Below are positions 9,833 through 19,776 of a stretch of 55,831 nucleotides of DNA, one piece after another. Source of the DNA: Tubiluchus corallicola (Eukaryota > Animalia > Priapulida); assembly GCA_030141605.1 (NCBI GenBank), contig JAQGDQ010002420.1:1-55831 (forward strand), written 5' to 3'. Position 1 is the first letter of the stretch, and the number at the start of each line of letters is the position of its first letter. Below the pieces are notes generated by a model, which was not told the origin of the DNA, made no database searches, and worked only from the letters and a program-made list of their open reading frames with translations. The position numbers and the translations under genes are program-made.

Positions 9833-9861
9833 TTGACATAAAATGTAATATTATGTACAAA
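9833..9861 (+). promoter_or_regulatory. Candidate sigma70 promoter of the yihU operon, overlapping a repeated motif
   Basis: TTGACA 9833-9838, 17 nt, TACAAA (imperfect -10); contains AAATGTAATATT, also present at 8865-8876. Confidence 0.5.
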
Positions 9862-10036
9862 GATAGCATGTTGTGAATTATATTTTTACAATGGCAGCGA
9901 TAATTTGCTCCGTGTAATCCACAGAAATACCGGAAGCAGTGCCATCTGAGTTGTCTATGCACAAGGCTGCATAGCTACTGTGAGCATTTTTTCTCACTCG
10001 TATGCTCGCTGCTAGAAATATCTAGGAGGATATTGT

Positions 10037-10927
10037 ATGAAGACAGGTTTTGTAGGTCTTGGAATAATGGGTTATCCCATGGTTATGAACCTTATTAATG
10101 GCGGTATTGATGTAAAAGTGTTTGATATAGATAAGGAAAAATTAAATAGCATTGTAAAAAATGGTGGAAAAGAGGCAAAAAGCCCGAAAGATGCCGCCAG
10201 CGATGTGGATATTGTAATCACTATGTTGCCAAATGGAGCCATCGTCAGGGATGCGGTGTTTGGTTCTGACGGCATTGCTAAAGGGTTGAAGCCTGACACT
10301 CTTTTTATCGACATGTCAACTGTTCACCCTTTGGAATCGGATGCTTTGCGCAAGGATCTAAATGCACTGGGCTTTCAGATGATGGACGCACCTGTGGGCA
10401 GAACTTCTGAACACGCAATTCAGGGAACTCTCTTAATACTTGCGGGGGGCACATCAGAACAGATAAAGAAAGCACAGCCCCTGTTTGACCTCATGGGGAG
10501 CGATACCGTCAACATGGGCGGAGAAGGAAAAGGGATAAGGATAAAGATCATCAACAATCTGATGAGCATCGCCCTAAACGGCTTATCTGCGGAAGTAATG
10601 GCGCTGTCTGAAAAGCTCGGATTGAAGTTTGACGATGTTATGTCCGTTTTTTCTGGAACTCCTGCGGGGAAAGGACACTTTACTACCACATGGCCCCAGA
10701 GGGTATTGAAGGATGATTTATCGCCTCTGTTTATGTTGGGGCTTGCACACAAAGACCTTGGGATTGCAATAGATGTTGGAGCAAAGCTGAATGTACCGCT
10801 ACCCATGTCAGCTTCTGCTCTCCAGGCGTACTCTACTGCCATGGCAAACGGCAGAGGGACTGAAGATTGGAGCGCAATGTTTGAAGATGCTAAAGTGAAT
10901 TGTGGATTAAAGCCCAAAAAGGGTTGA
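10037..10927 (+). CDS. yihU: 3-sulfolactaldehyde reductase (beta-hydroxyacid dehydrogenase family)
   Basis: GLGIMG Rossmann motif; DAPVGRTS carrying the Gly-Arg-Thr sulfonate pocket; KIINNLMSIALN; GKGHFTTTWP..VL..DLSP.FM..LAHKDLGIA closely matching recalled E. coli YihU; AGGAGG RBS. Confidence 0.9.
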   Translation: MKTGFVGLGIMGYPMVMNLINGGIDVKVFDIDKEKLNSIVKNGGKEAKSPKDAASDVDIVITMLPNGAIVRDAVFGSDGIAKGLKPDTLFIDMSTVHPLESDALRKDLNALGFQMMDAPVGRTSEHAIQGTLLILAGGTSEQIKKAQPLFDLMGSDTVNMGGEGKGIRIKIINNLMSIALNGLSAEVMALSEKLGLKFDDVMSVFSGTPAGKGHFTTTWPQRVLKDDLSPLFMLGLAHKDLGIAIDVGAKLNVPLPMSASALQAYSTAMANGRGTEDWSAMFEDAKVNCGLKPKKG

Positions 10928-10961
10928 CGTATTTTAATGGCAAGATCTACGGAGTTGCAAG

Positions 10962-12032
10962 ATGGGAAATTCGATAAAGGTGCACAAACGCAAAGATTGT
11001 GAAGACATTCATGAGATAAATCTTTTCTTACAGGGGATCGATATTTCTGTGCTCAACTACGGTTGCACGCTCAACAAACTACTTACCCTTGACCGGAACG
11101 GACACTTTGGGGATATTGTGCTGGGTTTTGACGATCCTTATCGGTATACGGAAGCTCACCCTTTTTTCGGATCTATAGCTGGCAGATTTGCAAACAGGAT
11201 TAAGAACGGAACATTCTATCTCGAAGGCAAGAAATACACCTTAGCTACAAACGAAATATCGACAGGAAGTCACCTCCATGGAGGTGTCAGGGGATTCGAT
11301 AAATATCGTTGGGATTACGATGTTTCGAGCGGCAAAGACTGTGAAGAGGTAATTTTCTACAGGCAGTCTGAAGACGGTGAGGAAGGCTACCCCGGGAAAC
11401 TACTTATAACCCACACAATAAGAATAACATCGAGCAATGAATTATTCTTCATATTTGAGGCGGAAGCCGAAGAGACCACCATATGCAACTTGGTCAATCA
11501 TAGCTATTACAATCTATCCGGTGGGTCTTCCGGCAACGTATTCAACCACAACATAGAGGTGTACGGAGATAATTATCAAAGAGTGGATTCCTCTTGCATT
11601 CCCAACGGAGAACTCGGATTTACCAAAGATATATTCAAAAATAGCGGCAATATTGGCGAAGCCATCGCTACCCATTATGACCCAAGCTTGGGTGTCCCTG
11701 GGGCTATAGACTACAACTTTATCTTAAACTCGGAAAGCGAGCACGGCTTAAGAAGAGCTGCACTGGTATCTGAGCCCTCTTCAGGAAGAATAATGGAAGT
11801 CAGCACAAACTTGGAGGGTGTACAGATTTATAACGGTTTTAAACTCGGGATAAAGAGGTGGATCGGAAAAGGCGGCACCACATATTCTTCATTTGGTGGC
11901 TTGTGCCTTGAAACGCAGCATTTTCCAAACTGTATCAATACCGAAGATGATGCACACCAATGCATCATAGACAAGGGCGAAAGGGCGAAGTATATCACCA
12001 GACACAAGTTTCTTTGCGATATTGGTGCTTAA
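10962..12032 (+). CDS. galM: Aldose 1-epimerase (mutarotase), likely sulfoquinovose mutarotase by context
   Basis: GRFANRI, HLHGG, GEEGYPG, NLVNHSYYNL, GLCLETQHFPN. Confidence 0.88.
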   Translation: MGNSIKVHKRKDCEDIHEINLFLQGIDISVLNYGCTLNKLLTLDRNGHFGDIVLGFDDPYRYTEAHPFFGSIAGRFANRIKNGTFYLEGKKYTLATNEISTGSHLHGGVRGFDKYRWDYDVSSGKDCEEVIFYRQSEDGEEGYPGKLLITHTIRITSSNELFFIFEAEAEETTICNLVNHSYYNLSGGSSGNVFNHNIEVYGDNYQRVDSSCIPNGELGFTKDIFKNSGNIGEAIATHYDPSLGVPGAIDYNFILNSESEHGLRRAALVSEPSSGRIMEVSTNLEGVQIYNGFKLGIKRWIGKGGTTYSSFGGLCLETQHFPNCINTEDDAHQCIIDKGERAKYITRHKFLCDIGA

Positions 12033-12072
12033 AGGATGCTTTGGCCAACTTTTTTAATGAGAGGCGTAGTCA

Positions 12073-12856
12073 ATGTTAGATGAAATATCCATTTTGACTG
12101 TATTTGCATTGTGCATAATTATAATGTTTGGTGGATTTGTTCAAGGTCTTACGGGCTTTGGATTGGCTTTGGTGAGTGTCCCCCTACTGTCTTTAGTTGT
12201 GGATGCCAAGATGGCGATCCCCCTGGCGGGCATATACGGTTGGCTTGTTACACTACCTATTGTTTACAAGATGAGGGGGTCGGTCGTATACCCTATCGGC
12301 ATTGCTATGTTTGTCTGTTCTATTCCCGGAGCATGGTTGGGGGTTGATCTGCTTATCATACTGCCGGAATGGGCAATTTTAGCCGCTATGGGCTCAGTGC
12401 TGATATTTGTCAGCCTATATTCTATACTCAAACACGGCACCAGCGGCGTTACGTTCAAAAACAGAATGTCAGAATACGGTTTTGGCGGCGCAGCCGGTTT
12501 CTTAGGGGGCGTGCTCGGAAGTGCTGTTGGAGAACCGGGACCACCCGTAATCGCTTATACATCTTTTCAGAAATGGACTGGAGATCAGATAAAGTCCACC
12601 TTGGCATTTTACTTCATGCTGCAGATGATGATAACTTTGAGCGCATATTACTATAAAGGGATATTCACAAGTGAAGTCACTTGTGGGTCGTGCCGCATAC
12701 ATGATGCCGACATTTATCATAGGCGCATGCGCAGGCATGTGGAGCTACGCGCATATGAAGAAAAACAACATCAATTTTCATAAAATAGTCCACATTTTAC
12801 TAATATTTATAAGCATAGGCATACTTTTTAAATCATACTCAAAGTTTGCGGCTTAA
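12073..12856 (+). CDS. TauE/SafE (TSUP) exporter, probable sulfonate (DHPS) exporter; frameshift near 12678
   Basis: GFVQGLTGFG..L..VP and G..GPP repeats; ORF 12073-12783 joins hydrophobic ORF 12671-12856. Confidence 0.82.
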
Positions 12857-12881
12857 TTTTTTTTAAAGGGAGAAATTGACC

Positions 12882-13836
12882 ATGGATAAGCTTAGTGCAT
12901 TAAAACAACACACAGTAGTAGTCGCAGATACCGGCGACTTTGAATTAATAGCAAAATACAGCCCAGAAGACGGAACAACAAACCCTACATTGATCTACAA
13001 CGCTTCGCAATTGCCCCAATATGCTCACCTTGTGGAGAAAGCTGTCAGCATAGGAAAGAAGAGCTCCCTTTCGGGAGAAAAGCTCCTGGACTACGTCAAT
13101 GACAGGCTTGCAATACTTTTTGGTCTTGAGATATTGAATATCGTGCCGGGAAGGGTCTCAACAGAAGTTGATGCCACCCTGTCTTTCAATAGAGACGGCA
13201 CCATTGACAAGGCAAAGCAGATTATAGACCTATACAAAGAGGCAGGCGTGGATAAAGAAAGGGTGTTGATAAAGATAGCAGCCACATGGGAAGGTATAAA
13301 AGCTGCTGAACAGTTGCAGAAGGAAGGCATAGACTGCAATCTCACATTGATTTTTCACAAAATACAAGCTGTCGCGTGCGCTCAAGCTGGCGCATATCTC
13401 ATATCCCCCTTCGTAAATAGGGTTCTCAATTATTTTGAAAACTTGGGGCAGACGTTTGATGATCCCGCAAAACACCCCGGCGTGGTCTATGTGAAGGAGA
13501 TACACAACTACTATAAGAAGTTTGATCACAAAACCATAGTCATGGCAGCCTCTTTGAGGAAAGTTACAGAAGTGTCAGAGCTTGCCGGTCTTGACAGGAT
13601 GACCATACCTGTTCCTTGGAAGAGCTGCAGAATACTGAAGGCAATATGGACAGGTCATTGAGTGTTGCAGCGGCAAGGCGTCGGATGAAGAGAAGATTGA
13701 CGCTAATGAAAATAGATTCCGCTGGGATATAAATTCATGTCCTATGACATGCGACAAGCTAAGTGATGGTATAAGACTATTTGCCAAGGATTTAAGCGCT
13801 CTAAAGGGCTTCATGGCAAAGAAACTCGAGATGTAG
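12882..13836 (+). CDS. tal: Transaldolase, TalA/TalB type (two apparent frameshifts near 13613 and 13675)
   Basis: VVADTGD, TTNP, STEVD, LIKIAATWEG (Schiff-base Lys), CNLTL, ISPFV, MAASLR; shifted C-terminus FRWDIN..M.CDKLSDGIRLFAKD ending at TAG 13834-13836. Confidence 0.9.
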
Positions 13837-13850
13837 GGGTTGATATAGAG

Positions 13851-15187
13851 ATGAATAAACCAAGAATTGTGTTGTTTGCCTTAGGCAGACCTTTATTTGA
13901 TGTTGAATTTGCGGAAGCACAGGTTCGCAAAGCGTTGGAAAATTTGCAAAACTTACCCATCGAGATCGTCCAAAAAGAGGGAATTTTATTTGACGAAGCA
14001 GAAGTCGATATCGCCATCAACGAGATGGAGGACAGAGACAACATCGATGCAGTCCTCATATTGCAAGCGACATTTTCGGATGCCAGCATAACGAAGAAGA
14101 TAGCGAGCATGATCGATGCTCCGATAATACTCTGGTCATTCCCGGAACCAAGACTTGAGGACGATTGAAGACCAACAGTTTTTGCGGCGTAAATCTGGCC
14201 TGTCACGTGCTGAGCAGAGAAGGAAAAAAATACTTCTTTGTCCACGGAGATGGCAGTGACAGCTCCATACCACCGGAAATTAATGGAATAGTCAGAGGGT
14301 CTTATTCCGTCAAAAAGGTAAAAGGCGGAAAGATTTTAGCTGTGGGCGATTTTCCTGGAGGGTTTGACAGTTGTGACTATAGCGCCGAAGAGCTGGCAGA
14401 AATATTTAATATCGAGATAGTCCCCAGGGATATTGGGGGATTTTTGTCCGACGTTGCGAAGGTGCCGAATGATGACGCGAGTAGGTTTTTTAATAAAATC
14501 AAGCCCATGTACGAAAACTTGGAAGAGCACGATTTTGAAACAACTCTAAAAACTTTGAAGGTATATCTTCATACAAAGCAGATGGTGGAAAGGGAAGGTT
14601 TTTTGGGTATTGCCATGAGGTGTTGGCCGGAATTCTTCACAGAATTTGGGGCGTCAGCCTGTGGAGCTTATTCATTTTTGGGGGAAGATCTCATTCCAGC
14701 AGGTTGTGAAAGGGATGTTTTTGGAGTTCTTACGAGTCTGACCTTGCAAAATATAGGAAATGACAAGGTATTTAATACAGACATCGTGGAGGTCTCATAC
14801 ACTGACGATTCTGCAGTCTTGTGGCACTGCGGCCAAGCTCCCATATCCATGGCAAAAGAGGATAAGATAAGGGCAACACTTCACAGCAACAGGAAAAAAC
14901 CACTACTAAACGAATTCACCCTAAAGCCGGGCTACATCACCATAGCAAGGCTAAGCAGAGGAAATAACAGGTTGAAAATGATCTTAACGGGAGGCGAGAT
15001 ACTTGACCGCCCATTGCCATTCTCTGGGACCTCTGGAGTTGTGAGATTTGATAAACCGTGCAAGACGACGATAGAGTTTCTCCTGAATGAGGGGTTAGAA
15101 CATCACGTGTCGATAGTGTATGGAGATCACAAAAATGGTGTGAAAACATTTGCAAAGCTGATGGACATAGATTTGCTGGAGATATAG
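13851..15187 (+). CDS. L-fucose/L-arabinose isomerase-family protein, SqvD/SftI-like sulfoquinovose isomerase candidate; frameshift near 14158
   Basis: QATFSDA..WSFPEPR(G)GRLKTNSFCGVNL across the junction; RCWPEFF, CERD, WHCG, EHH motifs. Confidence 0.78.
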
Positions 15188-15243
15188 CCCTTTTGCTTCT
15201 CCATTTACAGTTTTTGGGGAATGTCTTTGAAAAATATCTGGAA

Positions 15244-15334
15244 TAGTCCGCAAAGATTGTAGGCTTGTTTATACATGTCTTGCGGACTACGCCCCCGGTT
15301 TGACATCGGTGCTGGGTCGTTCGTTCTTTTTTTT
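15244..15334 (+). terminator. Hairpin(s) and T-run ending the yihU operon
   Basis: TAGTCCGCAA/TTGCGGACTA inverted repeat (15244-15289), then a weaker hairpin and T8 ending at 15334. Confidence 0.5.
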
Positions 15335-15428
15335 GATTGTGTAATGCTTATGAATTGATATATAATCTTAGACTGGTGGTCTGTCCTTCAATGGTCTTTC
15401 GGATAAATAAATATGCGTAGGTGATGTT

Positions 15429-16475
15429 ATGTTTTTTTCACGAGGCAAAAAAGATAAAACCTCAGGCAATGCCAGCAAAGTTTTCAAGAGCTTTAACTAC
15501 TTTCTTCACGACGATACGACAGCTGCTGTGAGAGAATTAAAGGACATTGCGGCAAACAGCAGCAGTGAGCATCTGGATACATACCTAACCCTCGGAACTA
15601 TTCTGCGAAAAAAAGGGGACTTTCTCAGGGCCATACAGATACATGAAAGTTTGCTGAGCAGAAATACGGCGAATAGAGATGAGATCACCCCGGTTATAGA
15701 AGAGCTTATCGCTTCCTACGTCAGCGTTGGAAGTGCACAAAAGGCGATACACTACATACACATGCTCGCACATGAGCACAATACCGAGAAATACCTAAAG
15801 TTGTTGGCTTCCCTCCACATGCAACAGGAAGATTTTGATCATGCCACAAAATATCTTGGGAAACTATACAAACAGAATGAAGCAAAGTACGGCAAAATCT
15901 TGAGTTATTGTTACGTATTAAAAGCGATGAAGAATGAACACACGATACAAAAAGACCTCTATGCGGCGTTAAAGTATTATCCGAACAACCATAAGGGGCT
16001 ATTCCTCCTTGCAGAGGAATATCAGAAGACAGGAAAGAAGAGCAAACTGTTCCAGACACTGGAAACTATACTGAAAAATGAGCTCGTATATTCTGCGTCC
16101 GATATGGATTACATCTACGAGATGTACACTATTCACAATAAACAGGATGAACTTTACCAGCTTGTCAGCGAACTAAATTCAAAAGAGGAGGTCAAAAATC
16201 CTTTTTACGCCGTATGGCTGGCAGAATATTACAATGAAAAAAATACAGAGGAGAGCCGTGTCAAAAGCCTGTCCACACTAAAAGATTTCATAACCCATAA
16301 AAAAGTATCGACCATTGTGGCAAAAAAATATGGGGAACTTTCCATGGACGATGTTTTGGTCAAATATGCGGAGAAAAAAGCTCCTTATATCTGTGCAAAG
16401 TGTGGCGCAACATACGCTCTGTACGCTTTTCAGTGCGCAAGTTGTAAAGACTATGAGGTCATAGCTCCACATTAA
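15429..16475 (+). CDS. lapB: LapB/YciM-like TPR protein with C-terminal rubredoxin-like CxxC..CxxC
   Basis: YLTLG.ILRKKGDF.RAI.IH TPR; YICAKCG...FQCASC. Confidence 0.7.
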   Translation: MFFSRGKKDKTSGNASKVFKSFNYFLHDDTTAAVRELKDIAANSSSEHLDTYLTLGTILRKKGDFLRAIQIHESLLSRNTANRDEITPVIEELIASYVSVGSAQKAIHYIHMLAHEHNTEKYLKLLASLHMQQEDFDHATKYLGKLYKQNEAKYGKILSYCYVLKAMKNEHTIQKDLYAALKYYPNNHKGLFLLAEEYQKTGKKSKLFQTLETILKNELVYSASDMDYIYEMYTIHNKQDELYQLVSELNSKEEVKNPFYAVWLAEYYNEKNTEESRVKSLSTLKDFITHKKVSTIVAKKYGELSMDDVLVKYAEKKAPYICAKCGATYALYAFQCASCKDYEVIAPH

Positions 16476-16563
16476 GTCTGTTTTGTGATCAGGCTTGAGT
16501 GTAGCCAAGAACGGTTCAGCCTATAACGGGCTCAGTCAATAAAGTTGGGATTTTGAGAGGTAA

Positions 16564-19115
16564 GTGTTGAAAAAAATCACCCCTATGATGCAACAATTTT
16601 TTGACATAAAGAAAGATTATCCTGACAGCATACTCTTCTTTCGCATGGGGGATTTTTATGAAATGTTTGGTGATGACGCCGTTATTGCATCCAAAATCTT
16701 GAATATTGCCCTCACCAGCCGCAATAAATCAAATGACACGGAACCGATGTGCGGCATACCGTACCACTCCTACAAATCATACCTCATTAAACTGTTGAAA
16801 GAGGGACAAAAAGTTGCCATATGCGAACAGCTGGAAAACCCAGCTGATGCCAAGGGGCTGGTAAAAAGGGGCGTCACGAGGGTCGTCACACCCTCTACTG
16901 CCATTGAGGAGGAGTTTGGCGATACGACAGAGAACAACTTCTTGATGTCTGCATATCACGATAACGGCACATTTTACATATGCTGCGCCGATGCATCCAC
17001 AGGAGACATCTATCTTCAGGAAGCAAAAGGCATTGACAAACTACAAAATATTGCAGAGCAGCTGCACATAAAGGAAGCCGCCTCCAACATAAATCTGGAC
17101 TTCTTCCCGAGCTCCATGTTGCGTATAATTAAAACCCAAGCGATCAACACGGCGTTAAGGGTTGTCTTAAATAGACTGCAAAGTACATCCATAAGGTCTC
17201 TGGGCATAGATAACGAAGGATATGTACATGCTCTTTTTCAAGTGTTTGAATACCTTGATGAAATAATGCTTGATGCGGAGTTTAAGCGCCCTGTGCTTAT
17301 CAATCCTACGGATCGCCTCGTCATAGACAGCGTTGCTGCCAGCAAATTAGAGCTTGTGACAAATAGTGACTTAGGCACCAACAACACTCTGTTTTCTGTG
17401 TTAAATTTTTGTAAAACGGGCATGGGGAGCAGACTTCTAAGGCGAAATATCCTCTACCCCCTACAGGATGCAAAAAAGATCAACAAACGATTGGATATAG
17501 TAGAAGCCCTGATAAGACACAAGAACGTGCTGCCGGAAATATCTAACATTTTGAAGAATATCCACGATATAGACAGAATTTTTGTCAGGATCAATACCAA
17601 TCGCAGCAACCCGAGGGATTTAGTTTGGCTCAAAAATTCCTTGCACAGCCTGCCTATGTTGCAGAAAATACTTGTGAATCTGGAAGAAGGGCTCCTGTCG
17701 GAGCTCACCACAAAATTTTCCAAAAGTTCACAGATTTACGAGCTTCTGGAGCAAAGCATATGCGACGAACCATCCTTAAATTTGAAGGAAGGCAATATCG
17801 TAAAGCTGGGTTATAACGCCACCGTGGATGAGCTGCGCGACATAAAGGATAATAGCCATAAAATCCTAAAGGAGATGGAGACGGACGAAAGAGAGAGCAG
17901 TGGAATAAATAACTTGCGCATAAACTACAACAAGGTGTTCGGCTACTATATAGAGGTCTCAAAGTCGAACCTTTCCAAGGTTCCGAAACATTATGAGCGG
18001 AAACAAACCTGGTAAATAACGAACGTTTCGTAACAGAAAAGTTGAAAGAGCTGGAGAGTAAAATTTTAGATGCCGAAGAGAGGCTCTATGGTGTAGAGTA
18101 CGAAATTTTTTGCAAGGTGCGGGAAGAGTTGCTCACCTTTGGCTCTCTGATCAGAGAGCTTTCTGAAAAGACGGCAGAAATAGATTTCTTTGTATCCTTG
18201 GCAAACGCGGCGTTGAAGTATAGGTACGTCCGCCCCATCGTTGATGATGATAACAAAATAAGCATCATGAAGGGACGACATCCGGTTGTAGAACACTCTG
18301 TCGAGGGGGATTTCGTATCGAATGATATCTATATGGATACGGAAGATGCTAGGCTTTTGGTTATCACAGGGCCGAACATGTCCGGCAAAAGCACATACAT
18401 ACGGATGACGGCGACGCTGGTTGTTATGAGTCATATCGGTTCGTACATTCCGGCAGATTATGCTAAAATAGGAGTTGTGGATAGGGTTTTTGCAAGGATA
18501 GGGGCTGGAGATAATCTATCCAGAGGAGAATCCACATTCATGGTTGAGATGGTTGAGGTGGCAAATATCCTGAATAATGCCACAAAAAAATCTCTGCTCA
18601 TAATGGACGAAATAGGACGGGGTACCTCTACTTATGATGGAATATCCATAGCTTTTGCGGTGTCTGAATACGTCTTGTGCAGCTTAAAGTCCAAGACTAT
18701 GTTGGCAACTCACTACCATGAGCTGACGGATCTCGTGACGGGTATTCACGGAGCTAAAAATTTGACGATCCAAGTAAAGGAGCACAACGGCAGCATAGCA
18801 TTCACAAGAAAGATAACCGAAGGAAGTGCCGATAAAAGTTATGGTATATACGTCGCCCAGCTTGCGGGGTTGCCAAAAGAGATTATAGAGAGAGCAAACG
18901 AGATATTGCATCATTTAGAATTAAATAACAGTAACAATGCCCAAAATACCAGAGTGGTGCCAAAAGAGAGAATAGTGGAACATGTACTCGTGTTTGAAGA
19001 TAGTGAAGCTGTGGAAAAGCTGAAAAACCTGGATATCAACAGCCTAACCCCCATTGAAGCGCTAAATGTTTTAAGCGAGCTAAAAGTTGTAGCAGAGAAG
19101 GAATGTGCGTCATGA
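16564..19115 (+). CDS. mutS: DNA mismatch repair protein MutS (apparent frameshift near 18010)
   Basis: TPMMQQ, FFRMGDFYE, PMCGIP; GPNMSGKST Walker A, MDEIGRGT, ATHYHEL, SYG; junction KQT(L)VNNER needs one extra base. Confidence 0.95.
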
Positions 19116-19693
19116 TAACATCTCAAGCTATTAGAGATAGTTTAAACCCGTATCTTAACGTATCTCTGTTTATCGGTGGCGTGCCGCTGTGGTTTCCTCT
19201 GATCTGCGCCATACAGCTTTACATCCAGGGCAAAGAAGGGCTATTGCCCCCTTTTATTCTCATCCTATCTATGATAATCGGGAGCAGAATGGTATTCCGC
19301 TCTCTGGTGAATGATAAAAAAATCACTCACACCGTACTTGTCACATCCCTGCAGTTTATATTCTCTATAATATTCACCTTAACTCTCACAGCACTGGTTA
19401 TCATTGGTGAACTGATTTTTTTGAGCAAAGGCACCTCCGTCGATATTATCTTGCTGATTATCGCCTACGTAGGCATCATGTATGGTTTCAAAACTCTCTT
19501 TGCATATGAAGGCAAAATGCCGCCAACCTATGGTAGACTAATAATTAGTATTGCGTGGATCGTGGTGTTTTTTAACAAAGATTACGTCATATTGTGCGCC
19601 GTATTGACCTACGTCTACAATGCATATTATATGATATATAGGGAGCATTGCACTAAGAATAGAATGTCCTTTTATTATGATGAAAAGATTTAG
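19112..19693 (+). CDS. Hypothetical polytopic membrane protein
   Basis: About six hydrophobic segments; ATGA overlap with the mutS stop. Confidence 0.6.
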   Translation: MITSQAIRDSLNPYLNVSLFIGGVPLWFPLICAIQLYIQGKEGLLPPFILILSMIIGSRMVFRSLVNDKKITHTVLVTSLQFIFSIIFTLTLTALVIIGELIFLSKGTSVDIILLIIAYVGIMYGFKTLFAYEGKMPPTYGRLIISIAWIVVFFNKDYVILCAVLTYVYNAYYMIYREHCTKNRMSFYYDEKI

Positions 19694-19721
19694 TTGACTA
19701 AATATTTTAATGCTATATAGT
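19694..19721 (+). promoter_or_regulatory. Candidate sigma70 promoter of the HU-OmpA gene
   Basis: TTGACT, 16 nt, TATAGT. Confidence 0.45.
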
Positions 19722-19776
19722 GGTATTCTTCGGGGTGTGGTTTTGCCCGGCAAAATTTTTTATGTTAAGAGGTTTT

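Noticed and set aside
10012-10025. CTAGAAATATCTAG identical to 45992-46005, as a dispersed element
   Set aside because: Short self-complementary hairpin top with unrelated flanks; two copies are not enough
16564-19115. mutS pseudogene or mutator strain
   Set aside because: One missing base restores KQTLVNNER, both halves are well conserved, and similar indels occur throughout the window
19720-19776. Extended N-termini in the ORF track (also 23485, 25188, 29320, 33068, 37332, 44917, 50063, 50818, 54951)
   Set aside because: Downstream starts fit RBS position, codon overlaps or family N-termini better
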